Shown here piece by piece: positions 36,865 through 46,489 of a stretch of 64,000 nucleotides of DNA. Source of the stretch: an uncultured Candidatus Saccharibacteria bacterium (GTDB lineage Bacteria > Patescibacteriota > Minisyncoccia > Phycocordibacterales > JAKFXT01); assembly GCA_964541455.1 (NCBI GenBank), contig CAZIPS010000003.1, positions 2,663-66,662 of the forward strand, written 5' to 3'. Each line of letters starts with the position of its first letter. Position 1 is the stretch's first letter. The notes under the pieces are model-generated. The model worked only from the letters and a program-made list of their open reading frames with translations, was not told where the DNA came from and made no database searches. A program made the position numbers and the translations under genes.

Positions 36865-39369
36865 TTAACGTTTAAGGTCGATAAGGAGGGGAACTTCTTT
36901 TTCACTACTATCAAGAGAAGTATTATAACCAACTATTTTTAACGTATTACGCTCACCTACAAGACCAGTAATATTCCGAGGAAGAATAGAGAAATAAAAA
37001 GGTTTTTGCGAAAGGGATCCGTAAAATCGATTGTTTATATATACATCAACCTTACTTAAACCAACGCCATCAACAGAAAAAGAGAAAGCTTGCGAGTAGG
37101 GGTGAACCGCTGTTTCATCATACCCACTAAAAGAGATAGGCTCTTGATTTTGAGTAATTGGAGCATTATCAACCCCAACAGTTCCACCACTTACTAAACT
37201 ATGCTCATTGGCGTACTTAACAACAGCAGTTTCCCAGTAGTTAAACTGAGGATCAGAAGCGGGGTTTTGTGGACGGATGCCGCTTGTAGGGTTGTCTTTA
37301 TCAACCCAATAAAGAATAGAATGAATATTTGGAATAACAATTTCTTTTTGATCTTCTTGAGGTGTCCCTTCGGTTGCCCTTGCCCCTGTTCTTATATCTA
37401 TAGTATATGACTCACCTCCTTGCCATATACCACGAAGTACTGGAGGGAACTTGCTCTTATCTACTGGGTCTGGTTGCTTAAAACGCTCATTAGGAAGGTT
37501 TTGTAGTGCATAAGCCATATATTCGTGCCACATAGGAGCAACGACCTGGCCAGCAACTTTTTTCTGCATAGGCCTATTATTGTTATTTCCTGCCCAAGCC
37601 CCTGTGACGAAAGAGGGGGTATAACCGACTACCCAAGCATCACGATAATCGTTAGTAGTACCTGTCTTAACCGCCACCTGGTTTCCTGGGAAATAAAGGG
37701 CAGAGCGCTCCCCAAAAGTAGGAACACGAGCGTCATTATCAGAGAGCATATCTGAAATAGTACGCGCAATATTACTATCAATTGCCACACTATCCTGTTG
37801 CTCATACTCTTCAAGGGTAGTGTTACTGCTGTCAGTAACTTTTAATATACCAACATAGGGATTTTTAACCCCATCATTAGCAAAAGCTCCATAAGCATTA
37901 GTAAGCTCAAGAAGGGTAACCTCTCCACCCCCCAGTACGAGTGTAAGGCCATAACGATCTTTGTCAGTAAGGGTGGTAATCCCCATATCTTTTGCTGTTT
38001 GAAGTGCATTGTCTACTCCCGCAAGGTAAAGCACTTTAACCGCAACAACGTTTAAAGATTGTGCCAAGGCATCACGAAGGGTTACAGGGCCACGGAATAG
38101 GTTGTCGTAGTTGTTAGGACTGTAGCACACCGCATCAGGGCTAAGGGGCTTACTGTCGGGGCTACAGTAAGTAGAAAACTCCGTCTTAACATCAAAAAGC
38201 ACTGTTTCAGGGGTGTATCCTTTTTTAAAAGCAGTGGCATACACAAACGGTTTAAAAGAAGAACCAGGCTGCCTTTTAGCAAGAGTAATATTTACATTGC
38301 CATCAATAGTTTTGTCGAAGTAATCTCTGGAACCCACCATAGCAAGTATTTGTCCAGTTTTTGGGTCAATTGATACTAATCCGGCGTTTTCAGCATCAAA
38401 CTTTTCTTTGTTTGAAAGCGCATATTTTTTAACTATTTCTTCGGCTTTAGCTTGAAGTCCTGCATCAATAGTGGTGATGATTTTTAAACCATCTTCGTTA
38501 AGTGCCTGCTCACCGTACTTAGAAGCTAAATAGTCTCTAAGGTAGAAAACAAAATGAGGGGCGATCGATCCACTGTGGAGTGGGGGATAGAAAACTACAT
38601 TTTCGGCCATAGCTTTCGTATACTCATCCTCGGTGATATATCCCTGCTCCTTCATTTTAAGGAGAACCAAATTTTTCCTTTTATCAAGATCCCCCTTGTG
38701 TGTGCCGTAAGGAGAGTAGTAGGTAGGGGCTTGGGGGAGTGAAGCTAGGTACGCTGCTTCTGCAAGAGTAAGGTCGCGAGCATCTTTTTTAAAAAAAGTT
38801 TGTGAAGCCTCTTCAACACCATAAATATTCCCCCCATAGGGAGCGTCATTAAGGTAGATATTTAAAATCTCATCCTTTGAAAGCACCTGCTCAAGCTTGA
38901 TAGCAAGCACCCATTCTTTAAGTTTTCTAGAAATACTCTTGTCTTTAGTAAGAAGGGAGTTTTTAACCACTTGCTGGGTAATGGTAGACCCCCCTTGGCT
39001 ATACCCAAGAGAGGTAACGTTGGCAAAAATAGCACGAATAATGGAGGTTGGCTTAATACCGTGGTGTTGGTAAAACTCAGCGTCCTCTATAGCAATAGCT
39101 GCCTTTTTAACAAAAGGGGAGATTTGGTTAAAGGGAAGCTCGGTGCGAGCAACATCTTGATGAAGGTTAAAAAGCTCAACTGTCCCTGTACGATCATAAA
39201 ACTTAGCAGCAGCAGAGACAACGCGGTCATTAAAAGAGGTAACATCAGGGAGTTTAAGGGTTGAGGCCCAAAGGAGAAAAGCCCCACTGCAAAAAAGGAT
39301 AAGACTAAAAGCGATAAGGAAAAAGTGGATTTTCCTAACCCTTTTTTTGTGTGGGTGGGAGCCCTTCAT
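36865..39369 (-). CDS. Class A penicillin-binding protein 1A (glycosyltransferase GT51 plus transpeptidase)
   Basis: GT51 motifs (AIEDAEFYQHHGI, QGGSTITQQ), transpeptidase motifs (SSFKPF, SLN, KTGT). Start placed at the internal Met (MKGSHPHKKR) that precedes the TM anchor. The ORF track extends to 39447. Confidence 0.9.
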   Translation of the reverse strand: MKGSHPHKKRVRKIHFFLIAFSLILFCSGAFLLWASTLKLPDVTSFNDRVVSAAAKFYDRTGTVELFNLHQDVARTELPFNQISPFVKKAAIAIEDAEFYQHHGIKPTSIIRAIFANVTSLGYSQGGSTITQQVVKNSLLTKDKSISRKLKEWVLAIKLEQVLSKDEILNIYLNDAPYGGNIYGVEEASQTFFKKDARDLTLAEAAYLASLPQAPTYYSPYGTHKGDLDKRKNLVLLKMKEQGYITEDEYTKAMAENVVFYPPLHSGSIAPHFVFYLRDYLASKYGEQALNEDGLKIITTIDAGLQAKAEEIVKKYALSNKEKFDAENAGLVSIDPKTGQILAMVGSRDYFDKTIDGNVNITLAKRQPGSSFKPFVYATAFKKGYTPETVLFDVKTEFSTYCSPDSKPLSPDAVCYSPNNYDNLFRGPVTLRDALAQSLNVVAVKVLYLAGVDNALQTAKDMGITTLTDKDRYGLTLVLGGGEVTLLELTNAYGAFANDGVKNPYVGILKVTDSSNTTLEEYEQQDSVAIDSNIARTISDMLSDNDARVPTFGERSALYFPGNQVAVKTGTTNDYRDAWVVGYTPSFVTGAWAGNNNNRPMQKKVAGQVVAPMWHEYMAYALQNLPNERFKQPDPVDKSKFPPVLRGIWQGGESYTIDIRTGARATEGTPQEDQKEIVIPNIHSILYWVDKDNPTSGIRPQNPASDPQFNYWETAVVKYANEHSLVSGGTVGVDNAPITQNQEPISFSGYDETAVHPYSQAFSFSVDGVGLSKVDVYINNRFYGSLSQKPFYFSILPRNITGLVGERNTLKIVGYNTSLDSSEKEVPLLIDLKR

Positions 39370-39464
39370 ATCTACGTATCCTAACAAAAAATAAGTGTTC
39401 AAAGTAGGGGAAACCAGAAAAAGAAGTGGGTAGCAAAAACAAAGCACTGTGCTAAAGTACTAGT

Positions 39465-40658
39465 ATGTTTTTAGGAGAGAAAAAAAGAAAAATAATTACA
39501 GAGAGGGAGGCTATTGAGGAAGTACTCACAAGAGGGGTTGATAAACTTGTAAACGAGGAAGTGTTGAGGGGGGCATTGTCAGAAGGGCAGCCACTTCGTA
39601 TTAAACTAGGTATAGATCCAACAAGCCCACATATCCATATTGGACGGGCTGTAGTATTGCGTAAGCTTAAGGCATTTCAAGACTTAGGGCACACCCCGGT
39701 ATTTATTGTGGGCGATTTTACGGGGGTTATTGGGGATACATCGGACAAAGATGCAGAAAGACCAATGCTCACTCCAGAAAAAATAAAAGAAAACCTAAAG
39801 AGCTATTTTGCCCAAGCAGGGAAAATTATAGATCTAAAAAAAGCAGAGACACATTACAACTCAACATGGCTTTCAAAACTTACCTACAAAGAGATAGGGC
39901 AACAGGCTGACTGGGTTAGTGTTGCCGATTTTATCTCACGCGACGTTATTAAAAGAAGACTCGATCAGGGTTCGCGGGTGTCGCTCCGAGAAATGCTCTA
40001 CCCCCTAATGCAAGGATATGATTCAGTGGCAGTTAAAGCCGATGTTGAGCTTGGGGGGGTTGATCAGTGGTTTAACCTCCTTTCAGGGAGAGTAATGCAG
40101 GAGCACTATAAACAAAAACCACAGAACATTCTTACCACCAAACTTCTTATGGGGCTTGATGGGCGCAAAATGAGCTCAAGTTGGGGGAACACGATAAATA
40201 TCACCGAAACACCAAATGAAATGTTTGGGAAAACAATGAGTCTAAAAGATGAATTGCTCTCTGAATACTTCACACTTGCAACTGACCTTAAAGAGGAGGC
40301 CATTAAAGAAGCCCTTCTTAAGGGTCCGCGTGATGCTAAGGTAATACTGGCACGCACGCTTGTCGCCCAATATCATGGAGAAAAAGAAGCAGAAAAGGCC
40401 GAACACTATTTCATCGAAACATTTAGTCAAAAAAAGATTCCAGACAATGTGCCTTCTATAGAAGGAAAGGAGGGAGAGGTGTTAGGGGATATATTAGTAC
40501 GTGGGGGCTTCCTCCCTTCAAAGTCAGAATGGACGAGGTTGGTGGACCAAGGCGCCGTAGTGCTCCTCCCAGAAAACAAAGTGACCGACAGTAAAGAAAT
40601 TGCTGTTAAAGGGGCTGTATATAAAATAGGAAAGCATCGATTTGTAAAAATCATATAA
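39465..40658 (+). CDS. tyrS: Tyrosine--tRNA ligase
   Basis: 397 aa with a HIGH-like motif (PHIHIGRAV), a KMSKS-like KMSSS motif and a C-terminal S4-like domain. Confidence 0.9.
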   Translation: MFLGEKKRKIITEREAIEEVLTRGVDKLVNEEVLRGALSEGQPLRIKLGIDPTSPHIHIGRAVVLRKLKAFQDLGHTPVFIVGDFTGVIGDTSDKDAERPMLTPEKIKENLKSYFAQAGKIIDLKKAETHYNSTWLSKLTYKEIGQQADWVSVADFISRDVIKRRLDQGSRVSLREMLYPLMQGYDSVAVKADVELGGVDQWFNLLSGRVMQEHYKQKPQNILTTKLLMGLDGRKMSSSWGNTINITETPNEMFGKTMSLKDELLSEYFTLATDLKEEAIKEALLKGPRDAKVILARTLVAQYHGEKEAEKAEHYFIETFSQKKIPDNVPSIEGKEGEVLGDILVRGGFLPSKSEWTRLVDQGAVVLLPENKVTDSKEIAVKGAVYKIGKHRFVKII

Positions 40659-40664
40659 ATATAA

Positions 40665-40694
40665 AAATCCCCCACAGAAGTGGGGGATTTTTAT
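40665..40694. terminator. Bidirectional intrinsic terminator between tyrS and the convergent acidic-protein gene
   Basis: ATCCCCCAC-AGAAG-TGGGGGAT flanked by A- and T-runs. Confidence 0.75.
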
Positions 40695-40700
40695 ATTGTA

Positions 40701-40913
40701 CTAGAGTAGATCTTTTTCCTCTGGCTCAAAGTCCATTTTGTCAGTTTCAAGCTCGTCATCTTCACCTCCTGAAAACTCATCAAGCTCTGGATCAGAGGCG
40801 GCCTCATCTGCTACTTCATCATCCGCCATATCATCGTCATCTGGGTGAGTGAGCGCACTTGCAGTGATCTCAATATTCTCATCTTTCAAATCGCCATTTA
40901 AATCGTCAGACAT
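40701..40913 (-). CDS. Small highly acidic protein (70 aa, about 45% Asp/Glu)
   Basis: MSDDLNGDLKDENIEITASALTHPDDDDMADDEVADEAASDPELDEFSGGEDDELETDKMDFEPEEKDLL. It sits immediately upstream of ruvC on the same strand. No recognisable family. Confidence 0.45.
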   Translation of the reverse strand: MSDDLNGDLKDENIEITASALTHPDDDDMADDEVADEAASDPELDEFSGGEDDELETDKMDFEPEEKDLL

Positions 40914-40996
40914 ATCCTTAAACAGAAAAAATTATCTTTTATGGGATTGTTGTATCATGGTCACTTTTCTTTGTAAACACCTTTTGTGAACAGGGG

Positions 40997-41473
40997 TTAT
41001 AACCCGCGGTGGCAGGCCGAAGCAGTGAGTGCAAGGGCAATGGCATCATACTCATCATCTATCCTTTTGCCCTTTGGGACTTTAATAAGGCGCTCTACCA
41101 TATGCGCCACCTGGTCCTTACTGCTCTTGCCATAGCCAACAATAGCGTCCTTTACTTGCAGTGGAGTGAACTCAACAATAGGGATATTATTCCTCTGTGC
41201 TATGTAGAGGAGCGCCCCTCGCGTTTCAGCAACGCGCATAGCGGTTTTTTGATTATTGCTAATAAAAAGATTTTCTATTGAGAGAAGTTCGGGGGAGTAT
41301 TGGGCAATGGTTTTTTCAAAATGGGTACCCAACAAAAGGAGGCGTTCGGCAAAGGGAAGTGCAGCACTTGTTTTAAAGCATTCAGAATGAAGGAGTGTTT
41401 CTTTAGTCCGCTCTCCTTCGATCACTGCGATGCCAAGACGTTCATATCCTGGGTCGATACCTATAATCCGCAT
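40997..41473 (-). CDS. ruvC: Crossover junction endodeoxyribonuclease RuvC
   Basis: 158 aa starting MRIIGIDPGYERLGIAVIE with catalytic acidic residues. Part of the ruvC-yebC-ruvB cluster. Confidence 0.9.
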   Translation of the reverse strand: MRIIGIDPGYERLGIAVIEGERTKETLLHSECFKTSAALPFAERLLLLGTHFEKTIAQYSPELLSIENLFISNNQKTAMRVAETRGALLYIAQRNNIPIVEFTPLQVKDAIVGYGKSSKDQVAHMVERLIKVPKGKRIDDEYDAIALALTASACHRGL

Positions 41474-41484
41474 AGAGGAATAAA

Positions 41485-42024
41485 TTATGTATTAAACTCT
41501 GCGTTCGTAAAAACCTCCTGCACTTCGTCATTATCTTCAAGTTCTTCCATGATAGTAATAAGCGTTGCACTATCCGCTTCGTTTAGCGGAACACTGAGAT
41601 TGGGCATCCATGTACCCTGTGCCTTAGTAAAGGCCCATGTGGCAGAACCTATGGCACCAAGCGACCCTCCGTTTTTTGAAAGAATGTGTTTTACCTCCTG
41701 TGCTGCTTTATTACGATTGTCGGTAAGGGCTTCGATGATAAGGGCTGCTCCGCCTGGGCCGTACCCCTCATAGGTAATAGCTTCCATAGAGCCAGCTTCT
41801 CCCCCAAGACCTTTTTTAATAGCACGCTCAATGGTGTCCTTACTCATATTTTCTTTTTTGGCCTTTTCGATAATAGCTCGAAGTGAGGGTGCGTTCACAT
41901 CCCCCTTAACCCTTTTTGATTCTGTAGCAAGGAGACGGCCGAATTTACTAAAGAGTTTGCTGCGAGCAGCATCTGTCGCCCCTTTAGCGCGTTTTATTTG
42001 CTCCCATTTAGAATGTCCTGCCAT
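41485..42024 (-). CDS. YebC/PmpR family DNA-binding protein (short, 179 aa)
   Basis: MAGHSKWEQIKRAKGATDAARSKLFSKFGR... is a canonical YebC N-terminus. It is shorter than the usual ~240 aa. Confidence 0.8.
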   Translation of the reverse strand: MAGHSKWEQIKRAKGATDAARSKLFSKFGRLLATESKRVKGDVNAPSLRAIIEKAKKENMSKDTIERAIKKGLGGEAGSMEAITYEGYGPGGAALIIEALTDNRNKAAQEVKHILSKNGGSLGAIGSATWAFTKAQGTWMPNLSVPLNEADSATLITIMEELEDNDEVQEVFTNAEFNT

Positions 42025-42041
42025 AGTAGTATGTGTATAAT

Positions 42042-43058
42042 TTATAAATTAAGGGGAACTTGATGTTGTTTTGGAGCTTTTTTCTCTAAATGCTCATACC
42101 CTCGAGTAGTCACCACGCGGCCACGAGGAGTTCTTTCCAAAAGCCCGAGTTGCATAAGGTAGGGCTCATGTACATCTTCTACAGTTCCTTCGTCTTCAGA
42201 AAGTGCCGCGGCGATAGTGGTAAGCCCCACAGGACCTCCTTTGAACTTATCAATAAGGACCTCAAGAAGTAAGCGATCGGCCGGCATAAGTCCGAGCGTA
42301 TCAACCCCTAAGAGCTCAAGCGCTTCTTTGACTGCTCCTTCAGAAAGAATTTTCTTAGAAACCTGTGCAAAATCACGACTTCGTTTGAGGAGGTAATTTG
42401 CCGTGCGAGGAGTAAAGCGGCTTCGCTTGGCGATTTCCATAATTCCTTCCTTAGTACTTTCGATATTAAGGAGTGCTGCAGAACGTTTGATAATAGAAGC
42501 TATTTCTTCTTCGGTATAAAATTCGAGGCGAAAAACGCCGCCTGAAAAACGACTCCGTAGCGGGGCTGAAAGAAGTGCCATGCGCGTTGTTGCAGCAATA
42601 AGTGTGAAAGGAGGGAGTTCTAACTGAATGGTGCGCGCCGAGGGACCCTTGCCGATAATAATATCAAGCACTCCTGATTCCATGGCAGGGTAGAGCACTT
42701 CCTCAATAGTTTTGTTGAGGCGGTGGATCTCGTCTATGAACAGAACATCACGAGGTGAGAGGTTGGTGAGTATTGAAGCAAGGTCCCCCACCTTTTCTAT
42801 AGCAGGGCCTGAAGTGATTTTGATACCACTTCCTATTTCTTTGGCGATAAGGTGTGCAAGCGTTGTTTTCCCAAGTCCTGGAGGACCGTAGAAGAGCACG
42901 TGCTCTGGGGCATGGTTACGTTCTTTGGCAGCACCTAGTAGGATACGGAGATTTTTTTTGATTTGCTCTTGGCCAATATACTCATCCCAAGAAGAGGGGC
43001 GAAGCGCTTGGTCTAAGTAGACCTCATCTTTTCCATGTTGTGCCTCTTTTTTACTCAT
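42042..43058 (-). CDS. ruvB: Holliday junction branch-migration ATPase RuvB
   Basis: 338 aa with Walker A ([15 protein letters not shown]), Walker B (LFIDEIHRL), sensor motifs and a C-terminal winged helix. Confidence 0.95.
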   Translation of the reverse strand: MSKKEAQHGKDEVYLDQALRPSSWDEYIGQEQIKKNLRILLGAAKERNHAPEHVLFYGPPGLGKTTLAHLIAKEIGSGIKITSGPAIEKVGDLASILTNLSPRDVLFIDEIHRLNKTIEEVLYPAMESGVLDIIIGKGPSARTIQLELPPFTLIAATTRMALLSAPLRSRFSGGVFRLEFYTEEEIASIIKRSAALLNIESTKEGIMEIAKRSRFTPRTANYLLKRSRDFAQVSKKILSEGAVKEALELLGVDTLGLMPADRLLLEVLIDKFKGGPVGLTTIAAALSEDEGTVEDVHEPYLMQLGLLERTPRGRVVTTRGYEHLEKKAPKQHQVPLNL

Positions 43059-43635
43059 AGCAATGTTTCAATTGTACCATTTTAGAAAAGGAGGGTGGGG
43101 GAGGGGTCAAAAAAGACCACAGGAAAAGGTACTTGACAAGAATGAGCTAGTATGCTAGACTTAACCTCAGCCTGATTAAGAGGGCCTTTTTATTTAAAGG
43201 CAGCAGTGTCTAGAAATAGAGGAGCTTTCTTTACAAAAAACGGGCATTTTTTGTTGGCTATCCAGCATATTGCTCTCTAAGAAATTGGGTCCCCGTGACC
43301 TACTGGTGTTCCTGCAAGGACTTCCTGGTGCTTATCTTTACGATAAACCGCTGGCAATCTCCTCAGAGGAATTCTTAACTTTTGATACTTCGTATTAAAA
43401 GTATTTCTTAGAGAGTAATCGGCTGGATAGAGCGCTCAATATTAAGAACCTAGGGTCTATATAAAGAAAAAGTCCTCATGTGTGGGGGCTTTTTCTTTTT
43501 CACTTTGCTACTTAAAAAAGATTACTCCTCTTTTTTGTTTAGGACAACTAGACGTTACCGGTTTTCAGTTTCTAATACAAAAATAACAAGATCTAAAATT
43601 TTTTTGTGCAGACGTCAACTTTGTTGTTAAACATG

Positions 43636-45303
43636 TTAGAGACCGAGGTCAATTACACGAGCAAGTTCTTCAAGTGTGGTGGTGCCTTGTAGTATTTTTA
43701 TAAAGCCATCTTGCTTTAGACTAAGCATGTGTTGCGATGCGGCTGCTTTCATAATATCTTCTTCGCCCGGGTTTTCATTAATCGCTTTGTTTACTTCCGG
43801 TGTCATGAGAATCGCTTCAAAAATTCCAACGCGCCCTTTGTAGCCAACACCACTACACTCGGAGCACCCCACCGCTTCAAACACATGCTCCATCTGTAGG
43901 TTATCTGGTTTTTCTGTGGCCTCTGCAAGTTCTGTCTCTATGATGGTTTTAGTTTCAGGGGGGAGAGGAATTTCTTTGGCACAATTTTTGCAAAGTTTTC
44001 TTACGAGGCGTTGTGCGATAGCAACATTTACCGCAGAGCTAATCACTTTTGGATTAACCCCAAGATCGATAAGGCGGGGAAAGGCTCCTGCGGCGTTATT
44101 GGTGTGGAGTGTTGAAAGCACAAGGTGTCCGGTGAGCCCCGCGTTAATAGCAATCTCTGCAGTTTCATCATCACGTATTTCACCCACCATGATGACATCA
44201 GGATCTTGGCGAAGGACCGAACGAAGTCCTTGTGAAAAGTTATAATTTTTATGATCTACCTGTGTCTGGACGATACCAGGGAGGTGATACTCGATAGGGT
44301 CCTCGATAGTAATGATTTTTATTTCAGGGTTGTGCACTTTTCGCAAGAAGGCGTAGAGCGTGGTGGTCTTACCACTTCCTGTGGGGCCGGTGTTTAAGAT
44401 CATACCGTTTGGACGGTGGATTTCATGATCCAATATTTTAAAAAGTTTTGGAGAAATGCCGAGTTCCTCCATGGGAACTTGGATAGACTTTGGGTTCAGG
44501 ATACGAAGCACGATTGATTCGTTGTATGCCCCAGGAAGTAGCGAGGTGCGGATTTCAATTTCACTATCTGCTATTTTGATGGAGAAGCGCCCATCTTGTG
44601 CCTCATTTTTAACGTTAAGCTTAAGGCGAGAAAGAAGTTTGATGCGAGAGAGGAGAAGCGCAAAGGTCTCATGGTCGAAGTTTAAAATATGCGTAAGCAC
44701 GCCATCCAGGCGATAACGAAGTCGCACATACTCTTCTTCGGGTTCAACGTGTATGTCGGACGCCCCCATAGAAAGTGCACCAGCGAGCACAATTTCAAGA
44801 ATACGGGAAATACGATACGCCTTTTTTTCAACAAGCACATCTTCGATAAGTTTTTGCACGTCGTCAAGCGAGCGCACGCGCGAAACAAAGCCCTCTATTT
44901 CTTCGCTTGATATATCAAGTACTCCCGCCTTACTTTCCGAAGCAAAGGATATTTCTTTATACCTCCCCCATGCGCGCTCAAGACTTCCTTTAGAGACAAT
45001 ATAGGGAGTGACGTTATAGTTGCGGCGTTTTAGGTCTTCAAGTATCGCCCTAGTTTCGTCGCTATCGGGGGCGAGCACGGCAATCCGAAGCTTTCTTCCG
45101 GTGGCGTCAAAAATCGCTACTTTAGCAGCGCGTGCCTCGTCTTCCGGTATGAGTCGTAGCGCATCGGTCTCTATAGACATGCGGGAGAGGTCGAGGTACT
45201 CGATGCCATATTTCCCCGAAAGGATCATGGCAAGCTCCTCCTCTTCTTTTTTGAGCAGTTCGTCTATTTTCTTATCCTGCTTGTCTTCGTCAAATGTAAG
45301 CAT
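43636..45303 (-). CDS. Type II/IV secretion system ATPase, GspE/PilB family
   Basis: 555 aa with an N-terminal GSPII_E_N-like domain, Walker A (TGPTGSGKTTTLYAFL), Asp box, Walker B (IMVGEIRDDETA) and a tetracysteine motif (CKNCAKE...CSECSGVG). Confidence 0.9.
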   Translation of the reverse strand: MLTFDEDKQDKKIDELLKKEEEELAMILSGKYGIEYLDLSRMSIETDALRLIPEDEARAAKVAIFDATGRKLRIAVLAPDSDETRAILEDLKRRNYNVTPYIVSKGSLERAWGRYKEISFASESKAGVLDISSEEIEGFVSRVRSLDDVQKLIEDVLVEKKAYRISRILEIVLAGALSMGASDIHVEPEEEYVRLRYRLDGVLTHILNFDHETFALLLSRIKLLSRLKLNVKNEAQDGRFSIKIADSEIEIRTSLLPGAYNESIVLRILNPKSIQVPMEELGISPKLFKILDHEIHRPNGMILNTGPTGSGKTTTLYAFLRKVHNPEIKIITIEDPIEYHLPGIVQTQVDHKNYNFSQGLRSVLRQDPDVIMVGEIRDDETAEIAINAGLTGHLVLSTLHTNNAAGAFPRLIDLGVNPKVISSAVNVAIAQRLVRKLCKNCAKEIPLPPETKTIIETELAEATEKPDNLQMEHVFEAVGCSECSGVGYKGRVGIFEAILMTPEVNKAINENPGEEDIMKAAASQHMLSLKQDGFIKILQGTTTLEELARVIDLGL

Positions 45304-45386
45304 TTCCCTTAAATCATAGCATGGGAGTGTCGTAAAAGAGGCCGAGGCAGAGCCATTTTTAGGGGATAAGGGAGAGAGGAGGAGGG

Positions 45387-45415
45387 TTGACTTTTAGCAA
45401 TTTTTCGTGTATAAT
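45387..45415 (+). promoter_or_regulatory. Perfect-consensus sigma70 promoter of cassette D (TTGACT-17-TATAAT)
   Basis: -35 TTGACT at 45387-45392, 17-nt spacer, -10 TATAAT at 45410-45415. SD AGGAGAAGG lies upstream of ATG 45470. Confidence 0.7.
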
Positions 45416-45469
45416 ATCAACCATCAAGCTTGGGAAGGGTCCCAGGCTCGCACATTACAGGAGAAGGTC

Positions 45470-45955
45470 ATGTATACTCGCTTTGCAGTTCCGGTGGTTC
45501 TCGTGCTCGTCGCCCTCTTCGGGGGTTGTGCGGGCATCAACTCGATAGACCCGCAAGTCTATCGTTACGGGGGCGGCTTTCAGTCCGATTTCGTCGTCAC
45601 AGCTCCGCCTTGTAAGCAATTGCAGGCGGAAGGTAAGTCGTGGCAGGCAATTCAATGTCAAAGTGGCGTCAACGCGCAGGCGCGCGACAATGCGACGACG
45701 GTTTTCCTAGAGGAGGCCCGCCAGGCAGAGCTCATCTACTGGCAGGCCTATAACTCGGTCCGTGTTGGGCCGGAAGGGTTCGGTGTCAGTCAGTTCAGCT
45801 GCCGCCCGTTTCGTATCTCCCTCGTTAAGTTCAGTCGTTGCAACGACGGCCTGCGCGAGGGGGCGCAAAACGCCATCCGCAATGCCTACTGGCAGAGCGA
45901 GCGCGACATGCAAGCCGCGCGCGAGGTGGGGAGAACGCACACTAATAGCCGATGA
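45470..45955 (+). CDS. Hypothetical lipoprotein, GC-rich cassette D (161 aa; signal peptide with lipobox-like LFGGC)
   Basis: About 59% GC with its own promoter, SD and terminator. N-terminal MYTRFAVPVVLVLVALFGGCAG and four further Cys residues. No recognisable domain. The ORF track starts at 45407. Confidence 0.6.
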   Translation: MYTRFAVPVVLVLVALFGGCAGINSIDPQVYRYGGGFQSDFVVTAPPCKQLQAEGKSWQAIQCQSGVNAQARDNATTVFLEEARQAELIYWQAYNSVRVGPEGFGVSQFSCRPFRISLVKFSRCNDGLREGAQNAIRNAYWQSERDMQAAREVGRTHTNSR

Positions 45956-45983
45956 GGCTTGGACCTTCTCCTTCCAGTTTCAA

Positions 45984-46008
45984 GGCGTCCTTTCGGGGAT
46001 GCCTTTTT
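45984..46008 (+). terminator. Intrinsic terminator of cassette D
   Basis: GGCGTCC-TTTCGG-GGATGCC (one G-U pair) followed by TTTTT. Confidence 0.6.
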
Positions 46009-46048
46009 CATTTCCCCTTACATTTTCGAGAGGTTGGTGCATGGTAGA

Positions 46049-46486
46049 ATGGGGGCAATGAAACGTCTTGTTAAAAGTTTGGAGGAAATGGACCTTTTTG
46101 CCGAAGAAGTGTTGGCAAGCCTTCCTTTAGAGAAGGAGGCGACACTTCTTACCCTTAAAGGAGAACTTGGGGCAGGGAAAACGGCTTTTACTAAAGCTAT
46201 AGCGAAACATTTAGGGGTGGTTGAGGTCGTAAATAGCCCTACGTTCGTGGTCATGAAATCTTATGATCTTGTAGGGCGCGCGTATAAAAAACTCATTCAC
46301 ATTGATGCGTATCGTATTGAAGACATATCTGAACTTAAGCCTCTTAAGTTCGAAACATTACTAAAAGACCCGTCGAACCTCATAGTGCTTGAGTGGCCAG
46401 AACGCATAAGTGAAGCGTTGCCTAAAGATGCGCGGACTATCAAGTTTACGTTTGTGGATGAGACGACGCGTGAAGTGGAATATTAA
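46049..46486 (+). CDS. tsaE: tRNA threonylcarbamoyladenosine biosynthesis ATPase TsaE (YjeE)
   Basis: P-loop LKGELGAGKTAFTKAIAKHLGV and downstream VNSPTFVVMKSY, the TsaE signature. The start is taken at an internal Met. The ORF track begins at 45959 and overlaps the cassette D terminator. Confidence 0.85.
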   Translation: MGAMKRLVKSLEEMDLFAEEVLASLPLEKEATLLTLKGELGAGKTAFTKAIAKHLGVVEVVNSPTFVVMKSYDLVGRAYKKLIHIDAYRIEDISELKPLKFETLLKDPSNLIVLEWPERISEALPKDARTIKFTFVDETTREVEY

Positions 46487-46489
46487 GGT

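Noticed and set aside
45959-46048. N-terminal extension of tsaE in the ORF track (MDLLLPVSRRPFGDAFF...)
   Set aside because: The extension covers the cassette D terminator hairpin and is GC-shifted. The TsaE homology starts near the internal Met at about 46049.
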